From Trueperaceae bacterium (lineage in GTDB: Bacteria > Deinococcota > Deinococci > Deinococcales > Trueperaceae): a stretch of 64,000 nt of DNA. The notes beneath the pieces were generated by a model. It was not told the origin of the DNA. It did no database searches and saw nothing but the letters and a program-made list of their open reading frames with translations. The stretch is taken from the NCBI GenBank assembly GCA_965215565.1, contig CBDCDZ010000004.1, forward strand, positions 3,168,001 through 3,232,000. The letters are read 5' to 3'. Positions 10,825 to 20,796 of this stretch are shown here, one piece after another. Position 1 is the stretch's first letter, and each line of letters starts with the position of its first letter. The position numbers and the translations under genes were made by a program.

Positions 10825-12287
10825 TGGCGCTGCAAGCGCGCGCTCGCTCGAGGGGGGACTCGAGGGGAACCTACCTGAGCGTTTTGCCCTTGGCGTCTCT
10901 CATCGGGTTCGTCGGCGTCACGGCGCTCGCCCTCGTCGGGGGCGGCGCGAACGTGTTGCAACTCGCCTACCCGGTCATGGCGGTGGGCGTCGGGGCGCTC
11001 TGGCTCTGGCAGCGTCCGGTGGGCTACCTGGGCTACGCTTGGTGGCTCTGGTTTCTCACGCCCGCCGTGCGCCGCCTAGTCGACAACGAGACGGGCTACA
11101 CCGAGGTGAGCCTCCTCATGGTCGCGCCTTTTCTGGTGTCGTGTCTGGCGTTCGCCCCCATCATGCTCAACTTGCACCGCTTGGCGCACCGCTACCGCTT
11201 GCCGTTCGCGCTCATTGTTTTGGGGCTCGGCTACAGCTACGGCGTCGGCGTGTTTTTGGGGAGCGCCTTTGGCGCTACCTTTGACCTGCTCAACTGGCTC
11301 GCGCCCATCCTCTTGGGCGCGTACCTGCTCGTGAGCACGCACCGCTTAGCGGAGCAGCGGCGCGTCGTCGAGCGCACCTTCATGTGGGGGCTCCTCTTCA
11401 TGGGGGTGTATGGTCTCTATCAATTTCTGGTGCTGCCCGTTTGGGACGGCTACTGGATGGAGAACGCCGCGATGAGTTCCATCGGCACGCCTTACCCCTT
11501 CGAGGTGCGCGTCTTCAGCACGCTCAACTCGCCGGGTCCCTTTGCGACGGTCGTCATGGCGGGGCTGCTGCTGTGTTTGCGGATGCCCGGCACGCTCCGC
11601 TGGGGCGCGGCGGCGGTGGGCTTCGCGGGCTTTCTGCTCTCGCTGGTGCGCTCCGCTTGGGGCGGGCTCGTCGTGGGGCTTATCGTGCTCGCCGCGCAGC
11701 TCCCTACCTTGGAGCGCACGCGCCTCGTGCTGGCGCTCGCGGTGGTAGGTGTCGTGGCGCTGCCGCTCCTCACCATCGGTCCCGTCGCCGAGTCCGTCGG
11801 CACCCGCTTCGAGTCGTTGGAGGATTTGGAGGAGGACACGAGCCTCAACGCCCGCCTGCGGCTCTACACGGACATGGCGACGTTCTTGGCGCGCAACCCG
11901 CTCGGGCTGGGCTTAGGCACCACGGGTGTCGCCTCGAACCTAAGCGCGTCGGAGGGATTGCCCGACTTAGACAGCGGCGTCATCGCGGTGTTTTACTCCT
12001 TTGGTGTATTGGGCACGCTCTACTACGCGGGCGGCGTCTTGTGGCTTTTCATCCTCGCGCTCGTCCAGCTTAGGAAGTCGGGCGCGTTTGGGCTCACCTG
12101 TTTCAGCGTCGCGATGGCGGGGCTCAGCCAGGTGGTGTTCGGCAACGCCTGGGTGGGGGTGGCGGGCGCTGTGTTGTGGTTTTTCCTCTGCATGACGCTC
12201 GCGTCGTACGAGTACGAGCGGGCGCAACCTAAAGGAACGCCCAAAGAAATGTCCAAAGGAATACGGGGCAAAGGGGCGCGCGCGTGA
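10824..12287 (+). CDS. Wzy/O-antigen ligase-like polymerase
   Basis: Polytopic membrane protein with RVFSTLNSPG, RSAWGG and NPLGLGLG. Translationally coupled to both neighbours. Confidence 0.8.
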   Translation: MALQARARSRGDSRGTYLSVLPLASLIGFVGVTALALVGGGANVLQLAYPVMAVGVGALWLWQRPVGYLGYAWWLWFLTPAVRRLVDNETGYTEVSLLMVAPFLVSCLAFAPIMLNLHRLAHRYRLPFALIVLGLGYSYGVGVFLGSAFGATFDLLNWLAPILLGAYLLVSTHRLAEQRRVVERTFMWGLLFMGVYGLYQFLVLPVWDGYWMENAAMSSIGTPYPFEVRVFSTLNSPGPFATVVMAGLLLCLRMPGTLRWGAAAVGFAGFLLSLVRSAWGGLVVGLIVLAAQLPTLERTRLVLALAVVGVVALPLLTIGPVAESVGTRFESLEDLEEDTSLNARLRLYTDMATFLARNPLGLGLGTTGVASNLSASEGLPDLDSGVIAVFYSFGVLGTLYYAGGVLWLFILALVQLRKSGAFGLTCFSVAMAGLSQVVFGNAWVGVAGAVLWFFLCMTLASYEYERAQPKGTPKEMSKGIRGKGARA

Positions 12288-13537
12288 AGGTGCTCTTTAT
12301 GGACCATGCGGGCGTCTTAGGCGGCGCGGAACTCTACTTGCTTGACTTGGTCAAACGCTACTCGGAGACGCATGAGGTCACAAACAAGGTCCTGCTCTTC
12401 AGCGACGGACCCTTTCGCGAGCGGCTCGTTGCGGCAGGGGTGGACGCGGAGGTCATGCAGGCGTCCGCGGCGGTGACGGGGGTCTCGAGGGAGGACCGGG
12501 GCGGCGGCGGGCTGCGCGCTATCCCCGGTCTGCTAGGCTTGGTGCGCCGCGTTGCGAAGACCGCGAAAGACTACGACGTTATCTTCGCCAACTCGCAAAA
12601 AGCCTTTGTGGTGGGGGCGTTAGCGGGGCGGCTCGCGCGGCGTCCCGTCGTGTGGTGTCTGCACGACATCCTGACCGCCGAGCACTTCAGCCGCACGAAC
12701 CGTCGCCTCGTCGTGACACTCGCCAACTACCTGTGCGCCCAAGTCATCGCCAACTCGCAAGCGACGGCAGACGCCTTTCGCGCGGCGGGCGGGCGGGCGC
12801 CGGTGCGCGTGGTGCACAACGGCATCGACGCTGCACCGTTCGCGGCGTCAGTCACAGAGGATGCTTCGGATGCTTCTCTGCGCGAAGAACTAGGTCTGGG
12901 CGACGCGCCCGTCGTCAGCATCTTCAGCCGCTTGTCCCCCTGGAAGGGTCAGCACGTGCTCTTGGAAGCGCTGCCGCACCTGCCCGGTGTGCACGCGCTC
13001 CTCGTCGGCGAGGCGCTCTTCGGTGAAGCGGCTTACGCGCAGAAGCTCAGAGAGCGCGCCTCGGCGCTCGGTCTCACCGAGCGCGTTCGCTTCTTGGGGT
13101 TTCGGAGCGATATCCCCGCCCTGATGAAGCTCTCGGACGTGGTGCTGCACACTTCGGTTGCGCCCGAGCCCTTCGGCAGGGTGATCGTCGAGGGGATGAT
13201 GGCGGGGCGTCCCGTCGTGGCGGCGAACGCGGGCGGCGCGGTGGAGATCGTCGGCGACGACGGGGGCATCTTGGTGGAGCCTGACGACGCGCAGGCGCTC
13301 CACAGGGCGCTGGAGTCCCTCCTCACCCAGCCGGACGTAGCGGCGGCGCTCGCGGCTGGGGGGCGCGAACGCGCCATGACGCACTTTTCGCTGCAAGGGA
13401 TGGTAGACTCTGTGGCGGCGTGCTTGGCTGAGGTTGCAAATAGGGGCGGGCGTGACGGCGGGCAGAGGGAACATGGTAGCGAGCCTCAAACAAGCCCGTT
13501 AAAAACCTCGCCGAGCCGTTCAGCGGAGAGACGCTAA
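12284..13537 (+). CDS. Glycosyltransferase family 4
   Basis: GGAE, HNGID, RLSPWKGQ and PEPFGRVIVEGM motifs. Confidence 0.9.
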   Translation: MKVLFMDHAGVLGGAELYLLDLVKRYSETHEVTNKVLLFSDGPFRERLVAAGVDAEVMQASAAVTGVSREDRGGGGLRAIPGLLGLVRRVAKTAKDYDVIFANSQKAFVVGALAGRLARRPVVWCLHDILTAEHFSRTNRRLVVTLANYLCAQVIANSQATADAFRAAGGRAPVRVVHNGIDAAPFAASVTEDASDASLREELGLGDAPVVSIFSRLSPWKGQHVLLEALPHLPGVHALLVGEALFGEAAYAQKLRERASALGLTERVRFLGFRSDIPALMKLSDVVLHTSVAPEPFGRVIVEGMMAGRPVVAANAGGAVEIVGDDGGILVEPDDAQALHRALESLLTQPDVAAALAAGGRERAMTHFSLQGMVDSVAACLAEVANRGGRDGGQREHGSEPQTSPLKTSPSRSAERR

Positions 13538-13542
13538 CCTGC

Positions 13543-13626
13543 AAACTGTGTATCTAGACTATGTACTCAAAACTATGCACTCAAAACCGCACATTCAAAA
13601 CTTTGTACTAAAATCTCTGTATCAAG
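13543..13626. repeat. Degenerate 14-bp tandem repeat, six units (consensus about AACTRTGYACTCAA)
   Basis: Units begin at 13543, 13557, 13571, 13585, 13599 and 13613. Confidence 0.7.
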
Positions 13627-13800
13627 TGACTTTCCCGAGCCATCCCGCCGATTGTCAAGCTGGACCACCACGCCGAACGGTTCTGCTGATAGACGAAATG
13701 ACGTACTTTTAATGTCAACAGACTCCTGATGTCAAGAGACTCCGTCAACGCACCCCTACGCCAACCTCAGACCCTACACCACGCATAGAAAAGAGCTTCG

Positions 13801-15375
13801 ATGAACCAAGAATCCCAAGCGAGTATCGGTGAGCTATTCAACTTCATCTTTCGCGGGCTGCTCGTCGCCCTGCCCATCGCGCTGCTCGCGGCGGCGGCGG
13901 CGTTTCTGCTCTCGCAGCAGCTCGACCCTGTTTACGAAGCGACCACCACGCTCCTAGCCGCCGAGCCCAACACCTCGGGCTCGAACGCCATCCTGACGCC
14001 GCCGCCCATCGAGGCGAGCGCCTACGCGACGGTAGTGATAAGTAACCCGGTCTTGACCGACGCCTTCGCGCAGCTCGGTCAGACGAGCCCGAGCGGGCGT
14101 GACCTCACGGCGCTGCGTAAAAACCTTTCGGTGAGCATCGACGGGGGGCGCAACGACGTCTCGAGCCTCATCTACCTCACCGCCGCCGCGCCCTCCGCCG
14201 AAAACGCCGCCGCCTACTCCGACGCGGTGTCGCGGGCGCTCGTCCAGTGGGACCGGGCGCGCGCGAGCGCCAACATCGACCAGCACATCAACACGTTAGA
14301 GGGGCAGATCGAGGCGCTAGACGAGTCCATCGAGTCGCTGCGGCTCATGGGCGACGTCGGCAACCAGAACGAGATCGAGAGCCGCACGAGCCTGCGCGCG
14401 CAGCAGCAAGAGGAGCTTTTCTACGCGCGCGCCCTCCGCAACTCTACTGCCGGGCTGCTCAGCGTCGTCGAGCCCGCCGTCGTCCCGCCCAGCCCGGCTG
14501 CGCCGCAGCCGGTGCGCAACGCCGCGCTCGCCGCCGTGCTGAGCATCTTTTTGGTCTACGGCGTGCTGCTTTTGCGCAACGCGCTCGACAGCCGCCTGCG
14601 CCGTGTCGAAGACGTCGCGGCGGTGGGGCTGCCCATCTTAGCGGAAGTGCCCAAAGTGTCCAAGAGCCGCCGCTTGTCGCCCGAAGCGATGAGCTTCTTG
14701 CGGACGAACCTGCTCTTTGCGGCGCAGGAGGGACCTCGGGTGTTTCTGGTCTCGAGCGCCCAACAGGCCGAGGGCAAGTCGAGCGTCGCCTTGAACCTAG
14801 CCGAGAGCTTCGCCCGCAACGACTACCGCACGCTCCTCGTGGACGCCGACATGCGCAAGCCCGTCGTCGCTGACGAATACCACATCGCCTCGAGCGGGCG
14901 CAAACAGCTCCAGGATTTCTTGAGAAATCCCACTCTAGATATCGAAGACGAAACCACGCAAATAGCCATCAGCCAGACGCAAAACTTAGACGTCGTCCCC
15001 ACCTTTGAGGCGACGTCCGCCGCGCCCGAACTCCTCAGCAGCGGGATGCGCGCCTGCTTGGAAAGGTGGCGCGAGCGCTACGACGTCATCGTTATCGACT
15101 CCGCGCCGCTCTTGCCCGTCGCCGACTCGCTGACCATCGCACCCTTCTGTACGGGCACGGTGCTCGTCGCGAGCTTGTCAGGAACGGACCGCCGCAGTTT
15201 GCAAGTGGCAGCCGAGCGCCTGCAGAACATCGGCGTGCGCGTGCTGGGCGCAGTCGTCACCCAAGTCGGGCGCGCTTCCGTGCAGAGCTACGCCTACGGT
15301 TACGGCGAAACTCAGCAACCCCGCCACAAGCCCGGCATCTCGCTCGGTCCGACGCGCAAACAGGACGTGCGCTGA
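13801..15375 (+). CDS. Wzc-like polysaccharide co-polymerase / BY-kinase
   Basis: Wzz-type N-terminus with two TM segments, Walker A (AEGKSS), LLVDADMRKP, VIDSAP and a C-terminal YAYGYG tyrosine cluster. Confidence 0.9.
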   Translation: MNQESQASIGELFNFIFRGLLVALPIALLAAAAAFLLSQQLDPVYEATTTLLAAEPNTSGSNAILTPPPIEASAYATVVISNPVLTDAFAQLGQTSPSGRDLTALRKNLSVSIDGGRNDVSSLIYLTAAAPSAENAAAYSDAVSRALVQWDRARASANIDQHINTLEGQIEALDESIESLRLMGDVGNQNEIESRTSLRAQQQEELFYARALRNSTAGLLSVVEPAVVPPSPAAPQPVRNAALAAVLSIFLVYGVLLLRNALDSRLRRVEDVAAVGLPILAEVPKVSKSRRLSPEAMSFLRTNLLFAAQEGPRVFLVSSAQQAEGKSSVALNLAESFARNDYRTLLVDADMRKPVVADEYHIASSGRKQLQDFLRNPTLDIEDETTQIAISQTQNLDVVPTFEATSAAPELLSSGMRACLERWRERYDVIVIDSAPLLPVADSLTIAPFCTGTVLVASLSGTDRRSLQVAAERLQNIGVRVLGAVVTQVGRASVQSYAYGYGETQQPRHKPGISLGPTRKQDVR

Positions 15376-15530
15376 GCCGGGCGGCTTGGGTTCATCTCGC
15401 AGATAGTCGAACAAGAGGTTGCGACGCCCCGTTCGCAACCTCTTATTGGTGGTGGCTCTGGAGTGATACTGATGTCAAAGCAAGGGGTTGAAACTCCTTG
15501 TTCTCAGTGCTTGTTGTCGGATTTGCGGGT

Positions 15531-16604
15531 TTACGGCGCTAAGTCGTAGCGGAGAATTGGACCATTGAGCCCCCCTAGCCGCTCCGGTAGCGATTCGGGA
15601 GAGATAACCTCGAGCGTAGCCGCGTCGAACGTCGTTAGGCGAATCTCCACATCCGTCCCTAAGTCGATGTCCAACAGCGTCACCGCGCTTCTAGGCTCCG
15701 CCTCGCTTCCTAATAGACGCCGCGCCCCGATGCCACCCGAGTGAAGCAGCGTCACCCCTCCGACTTTGGCGGGATAGTACGCCGCGTGATGACCGCTGAT
15801 GTAGAGGTCAAGTCCTCGCTGCTCGAGCCACCTTCTCAACTCGTCTCCGTTCTCCAAAACCTCACCCGGCTTAGTTTTTTCCTCGCTCACGCCGTAAAAG
15901 GGAAGATGCCCTAAGAGCACGCGGAGCTTCGCGTTCCTCGCCGCCGACCTCGAGAGTTCTCGTGCCGCCCAACCTCTTTGTTCCTCCGTAATGCGAGCGC
16001 TTGAGGCGTCCCACACGACGATGAAAAGCTCTCCGAAGGTGAAGCTGTAGTTGAAGGGAAAACCCTCACGGCTCTGGTAAGGCAAGTTCGTCTCGTAAAG
16101 AGGCCTACGCCAGTAACCTTGGGCGGCGTCTCGTTCTCGCTGGAAGGTGAATTCGTTGCCGGTAGTAACATCATTGCGGAGGCTCGAGCCATCGTGGTTG
16201 CCTGTCGCAAAGGCGTAAGGGATACCTGCCTCGCGAAGAGGGCGCGCGACTTGCGCGTCGAACGCTCCCCACATCTCTGCGAAACGCTCAGCCGGCAAAG
16301 AGGTGTTTTGTCCGCCGATCACGTCGCCTGCCGAGAGCAAGAGGTCGGGCTGCCACGTGTTGATGGTGATATCTAAAACTCGCCCAACGTGCGGACTGTA
16401 AGTCAGCGAACCGTAAGCACCGTTGAAGTCGCTTAACACCACGATACGCACGTCGCCGCGTTCGGGGCTTTGCGCGTGGGTAGGGGAGACCGGAGCGAGT
16501 GCGCACAGTGCGCATAGTGTGAGCAGCTCTACAGGCTCGTCCACAGGTTGCGCCGCGCCTTGCGCTAGCGCAAAAAGGAGCAGCCAAACGAGCGTGGACC
16601 TCAT
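15531..16604 (-). CDS. Secreted calcineurin-like metallophosphoesterase
   Basis: Signal peptide. SDFN, AGDVI, GNHD and SGHH motifs. Confidence 0.85.
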   Translation of the reverse strand: MRSTLVWLLLFALAQGAAQPVDEPVELLTLCALCALAPVSPTHAQSPERGDVRIVVLSDFNGAYGSLTYSPHVGRVLDITINTWQPDLLLSAGDVIGGQNTSLPAERFAEMWGAFDAQVARPLREAGIPYAFATGNHDGSSLRNDVTTGNEFTFQRERDAAQGYWRRPLYETNLPYQSREGFPFNYSFTFGELFIVVWDASSARITEEQRGWAARELSRSAARNAKLRVLLGHLPFYGVSEEKTKPGEVLENGDELRRWLEQRGLDLYISGHHAAYYPAKVGGVTLLHSGGIGARRLLGSEAEPRSAVTLLDIDLGTDVEIRLTTFDAATLEVISPESLPERLGGLNGPILRYDLAP

Positions 16605-16632
16605 AGCGCTACCTTATACCAGATGGCGCGGC

Positions 16633-16660
16633 GTAGGGAAGATTCATGAATCTTCCCTAC
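16633..16660. repeat. GTAG-type REP-like perfect 28-bp palindrome
   Basis: GTAGGGAAGATTCATGAATCTTCCCTAC. Near-identical copy at 47909-47936, relative at 56301-56324. Confidence 0.8.
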
Positions 16661-19037
16661 TGCTCGAGCCCGCACCCCGCATCACTAGCGGCACGCTGAG
16701 GACCGTACAGAGCAGCGTCGTCACGACTACGAGCACGACTGCCAACATCACCTGCGACACGCTGACCAAATACGACGAGGCGAAGACGCCGAACACCGCC
16801 GCGCTCGTGAGCGCCGAGTAAAGCACCGCTTTACCTACGGTTGCGTAGACTTCCGCTCGCCCTGTCCGCTCCCTGTCTCGGACCTCTAGGCCCCATACCA
16901 AATGCACCGCGTAATCCGAACCCGCGCTCACCATAAAGACAAGCGGGAAAATCAGGAAGATCGAGATATAGATGTCGAATACGGATAGGAGCGCCAGCCA
17001 CCACACCCCGGACACCGTCATAACGAGGCTCACGGTCAAGGTCGCCCGCCAACTCCTCGTGAAGAGCCACACGAGGAGAACGGCGGCGGCGAGCGCGACG
17101 AAGAAGAGCACGCGCATCCAGAAGAGGCTCGTTTGGATAAAGAGGGCGGTGAGGGTGCGGTAGCCTAAGATGTTCGTTGTGACGTTCGGCGGTCTTTGCG
17201 CAGCAGTGGCGGCGACTGCGTTCTCGAGCCCCCTCCTAAGCTCTTGTACCTCTTCAAAAGAGGTCGCCGCGCTCGGCACGACGACGAGAACGCCGGTATC
17301 GAGGGTGGGGCTCGAGACCAGTTGAATCAGCGGAGCCCAGGCGGGGCTCTCGTGCATCTCCTCGTACGCTGTTTGAACGGCTTCGGCGTCCGTGGGCGCG
17401 GCTTCCTCTAACGAACCGCCGTTTGCCAAGTAACGCCGCAACGCGGGCGCAACGCCATCTTTGAGCACCTCATAACTTCCGAGTAAACGACTCGGTCCCA
17501 CCACCGTCGTGCCTGCACCGAGTCCCGTTTCGGAGCTTCGCAACGCCGTTTCTAATGCGCGCGTATACGCTAAAAACTCAGATGTCGTGAGGTCGCCCTG
17601 GAAGATGACGAACTCGGGAAACGCGCCGCCCGTTCCCGAAGCGATCTGCTCCGTGGCGCGGACGAAGGGGTCGTCCGCGGGGTAGTTCCCCTGAATAGCG
17701 TCGGTCTGATAGGTCGTGTCGCCGAGTCCTAAGAGGGCGAGGAGGGTCAAACCCACGAGGATGGACGCGGAAAGCTGCCACCTCTTGCCGAGAAAGGTCA
17801 TGAGGTTGGCGAGGGCAGTGTTTTGGGAGGGGACGGGGGCGGGTCCCGAAGGAAGTCGTGCCTTCAGTGCAGGTAAGAGCGTAAGCGCCAACGTTAGCAG
17901 AAACACCATGCTGAGCGCCGCGAAGATGCTAAGCTCCACCATCCCTGGCACGCCCGAGAGCGTCAGTGCGCAGAGCCCCGCCACCGTAATGAGCGTCGCC
18001 ATCAAGAGTGCGACACCTGTGCGAGACGCAACCTCTTTGGCGACCTCTTGTTCGGCATCGGCTTGACCCCTTACATCTTTGTAGGCGTTCAGCACATGAA
18101 CCGCGTAGTCGATGCCGACGCCCAGCACGAGCGGAAAGAGCGTCACGTTGACGATGTTGAGCGGGACGCCCAGCCAGCCCACCGCGCCGAACGTCCAGAT
18201 GAGTGCGGTAAGGAGGAGCGCGAGCGCCGCCAATGTGTCGTTCACGCGGCGAAAGGCGAGTCCTAAAAAGGCGACGAGTAAGAGGGACGCGAGCGGCGCG
18301 AGTAAGAGTAAGTCACGGCGCAAAATCGTGTCGATGCTGCCGATACCCGAGGCGAGACCGACAGGGGTGAGGTTGTCCGTCTCTAGCACGTCGAACCTTT
18401 TGCCCTCCCAATTCGCATAGTCCTCCAACGCCTCAGCGAATTGACTGCCGACTTGCCTCGAGCCCGCCGCTAACGGGTCGCCTTCAATGACGAAGTTGAG
18501 GAGCGCTGTTTGCTCATCTTCGGATACGGTGATTTGCAGCAGTTCCTCTTGCGTCGCCGCGATACCGCGCCAGTACAGCGCGAACTCCGCTGAACTTTCC
18601 GGTAAAACAAAAGTGTCAGGCTCCGCTCCCGAAGAGGTGTAGTTCGCCAGCTTGACCCAGAGCGGCAGCCCGATGACATGACTGATTTCCGGCACGCGCT
18701 CCTGCACGAAGCTCGCCAACTCCTCCTGAGCGCGAATCGCTACTTCGTCAGTAATAGAAGAGACGCCCGCTTGCGCGGCTTTATCAGGGTCTAGCTCGAG
18801 CCTCAACAACTCCTGATTCGTAACGCTGTCCACCTCTTCGACCACGCGGTCAAAGGCTTGTACGTCTGGGTTCGAGGCGGGGAGCCAGTCGAGCAGACCT
18901 GTCTCGAAGCGGAGGTTGAACAGTCCTGCGCCCAAGAGGAGGGTGATGAGAGAGAGTAGGAGGAGGGTACGGCGGGGGTGAGCGCTTGACCTCGAGAGTA
19001 AAGAGGTGAGGAGGGGCTCGAGGGGGTGAGAGTTCAC
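16644..19037 (-). CDS. MMPL/RND-family transporter
   Basis: Two repeated halves with GVGIDYAVH and SAGSDYAVH signatures. Confidence 0.85.
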   Translation of the reverse strand: MNSHPLEPLLTSLLSRSSAHPRRTLLLLSLITLLLGAGLFNLRFETGLLDWLPASNPDVQAFDRVVEEVDSVTNQELLRLELDPDKAAQAGVSSITDEVAIRAQEELASFVQERVPEISHVIGLPLWVKLANYTSSGAEPDTFVLPESSAEFALYWRGIAATQEELLQITVSEDEQTALLNFVIEGDPLAAGSRQVGSQFAEALEDYANWEGKRFDVLETDNLTPVGLASGIGSIDTILRRDLLLLAPLASLLLVAFLGLAFRRVNDTLAALALLLTALIWTFGAVGWLGVPLNIVNVTLFPLVLGVGIDYAVHVLNAYKDVRGQADAEQEVAKEVASRTGVALLMATLITVAGLCALTLSGVPGMVELSIFAALSMVFLLTLALTLLPALKARLPSGPAPVPSQNTALANLMTFLGKRWQLSASILVGLTLLALLGLGDTTYQTDAIQGNYPADDPFVRATEQIASGTGGAFPEFVIFQGDLTTSEFLAYTRALETALRSSETGLGAGTTVVGPSRLLGSYEVLKDGVAPALRRYLANGGSLEEAAPTDAEAVQTAYEEMHESPAWAPLIQLVSSPTLDTGVLVVVPSAATSFEEVQELRRGLENAVAATAAQRPPNVTTNILGYRTLTALFIQTSLFWMRVLFFVALAAAVLLVWLFTRSWRATLTVSLVMTVSGVWWLALLSVFDIYISIFLIFPLVFMVSAGSDYAVHLVWGLEVRDRERTGRAEVYATVGKAVLYSALTSAAVFGVFASSYLVSVSQVMLAVVLVVVTTLLCTVLSVPLVMRGAGSSSREDS

Positions 19038-19128
19038 CGTTGACCTCTTGGAAAGTGTTGCATCACTCTCAAGTGTATAGCTGTCTTCTGTTTAGAAAGT
19101 ATGTACTGCTCGTAAAGAGGCGAGAGCT

Positions 19129-19593
19129 TTACCTGCGCCCTACCAACTTCAGTAGACCGTAGAGCGATACGGGTAACACACCGTGCTCAGCTAAAAACGC
19201 TTTCATCTCCGGTGTGTGAAAGGTTTCGAAGTCGTTCGATAAAAGGAGCATCGCACCGTAACGCTCGGCGCTTTGCACCGCTGCTGCGAGGATAGGCGCG
19301 TCATCTGGGTCAACGCAGACAATCTGAGCTTGCTCGAGTAAGCTGCGTTCAGGTTCAGGAAGAATCGTGACGCCGTAGCCCTCTAAAAAGAGCTCGAGTC
19401 CTGGTAAAGCATCTGGAAAGCTACGCGCTACGACGCGGCGAACTTCGTTCGCGACAACGTCGCAAATCAAAAGCGTGAGATCGCCTGCTCTTTCCGCTTC
19501 GACAACCTCGAACGCAAGAGTTTTTTGTCCTTTAGGTAGTTTGAAACAGTGTATAGCGATAAGTGCATTTGTATCAGCGAAGATGAGGTTCAA
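19129..19593 (-). CDS. PIN-domain toxin (VapC-like)
   Basis: IFADTNAL, E in the first helix, DPDDAPILAAA and LSND acidic residues. Confidence 0.8.
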   Translation of the reverse strand: MNLIFADTNALIAIHCFKLPKGQKTLAFEVVEAERAGDLTLLICDVVANEVRRVVARSFPDALPGLELFLEGYGVTILPEPERSLLEQAQIVCVDPDDAPILAAAVQSAERYGAMLLLSNDFETFHTPEMKAFLAEHGVLPVSLYGLLKLVGRR

Positions 19594-19599
19594 GCGCCT

Positions 19600-19896
19600 C
19601 TAAGACCTCTCGCGTTTTTGAGCTGCCAAGTGTTTACGCGCCTCTCTAGCGAGCCGCACCACGTCCTCTTCAGTTGTGCCCTGCTTTTCCAGCTCGGCAG
19701 ATATGATTTCGCTGAACTGCCTCAATGCTTCGGCGCGGCGCTCGCGAACCTCTAAGGGGTCAGGTAAACTGCGCAGGCTCTGCCGAAAGAGCATCCGCAG
19801 ATATACATCGACGCTCACGCCAAGCACTTCGGCGTCTTGGCGGGCACGCTCGAGGTCGTCTTCGGGTAAGCGGACGGTGATAGGTTTGAGGGACAT
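19600..19896 (-). CDS. Putative ribbon-helix-helix antitoxin
   Basis: KPITVRLPEDD N-terminus. Lies directly upstream of the PIN gene. Confidence 0.7.
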   Translation of the reverse strand: MSLKPITVRLPEDDLERARQDAEVLGVSVDVYLRMLFRQSLRSLPDPLEVRERRAEALRQFSEIISAELEKQGTTEEDVVRLAREARKHLAAQKRERS

Positions 19897-19960
19897 GGTT
19901 AGGTGAGTATAGCAGCTTTTAGAGGCTGCTTAGCGATCACCCTCTAACCTCTTCTAATCT

Positions 19961-20374
19961 TCATTCGGAGCTACCGTCTTGCATACGCCACATGTACGGA
20001 TCAGTTGCTCGCTTAAAGCCAAACCGCTCGTAGAACGCCGCATTCGCTTCTGTACAGGCCAAGGAAACTTCTTCGACTCCACTAAGGTGCTCTCGCAGCA
20101 GCAACTCGATTAACGCCGCACCTACACCGCGTCCTCGGTACGCCTCATCTACGATGACATCTTCGACGAGCGCACGGTACGTTTCATCGCTGAGCGCCCT
20201 TGCAAAGCCGATCAGCCGACCTTTGGAGCGTGCGCTGACAAGGCAAGGGGTATGACGGAGCATACGTTCAAGTGTGTCAGGTGAGCGGTTGGTAGCCCAG
20301 TCGGACTGTTTAAGGAGGTATGCCAACTCTTCGGCAATGATCGGAGAGGTGGACGAGTACTCAATTGGGGACAC
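19961..20374 (-). CDS. GNAT N-acetyltransferase
   Basis: LIGFARA, VDEAYRGRGVG and FYERFGF motifs. Confidence 0.9.
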   Translation of the reverse strand: MSPIEYSSTSPIIAEELAYLLKQSDWATNRSPDTLERMLRHTPCLVSARSKGRLIGFARALSDETYRALVEDVIVDEAYRGRGVGAALIELLLREHLSGVEEVSLACTEANAAFYERFGFKRATDPYMWRMQDGSSE

Positions 20375-20396
20375 AGTAAAACCTTTCTAGTACAGA

Positions 20397-20528
20397 TAGC
20401 AGGTATCATCTGGTCAGCTACACTCTCACTAAGAAGAACATCGTTTCCTTCGGAAAACTTCGTAATTAGCACGCACTTCAAGTGACGATATTTGCGGAAA
20501 AGTGTAGCAACGATAAGTGGAAATGCTA
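20397..20528 (+). mobile_element. MITE-like element, TAGCAG family
   Basis: TAGCAGGTATCATCTGGT ... AGCACGCAC ... GACGATATTTGCG ... GGAAATGCTA. Confidence 0.7.
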
Positions 20529-20571
20529 AGATTAGACTCTTGCTTCGCTGTGCAAAACGTCAACGCTAGGT

Positions 20572-20796
20572 TCACCCATTTTCCTCAAACCACGCCTTCG
20601 CCGCCTCTTCCGCCTCAGCAAGCGCCGCGTCCACCGTCGGGTACTCGGCTTTGCCCTGCCAAATCATGCCGCCGTGATCAATCAAACGGATAAATGCCCC
20701 CGAGCCATAATCGAAGCCAAGCTCGAGCCATCCGTCCGCCACCCAATCCGCGAGGTTTGGGTAGTGCTCTTCAAAAAGAGGTGGGATAACGCTCAA
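20572..20796 (-). CDS. Small acidic hypothetical protein
   Basis: TTG start overlaps the ilvD stop. Protein-like composition ([19 protein letters not shown]). Confidence 0.65.
   Translation of the reverse strand: MSVIPPLFEEHYPNLADWVADGWLELGFDYGSGAFIRLIDHGGMIWQGKAEYPTVDAALAEAEEAAKAWFEENG

Noticed and set aside
13543..13626. Possible CRISPR array
   Set aside because: The 14-bp units are contiguous with no spacers, and there are no cas genes.
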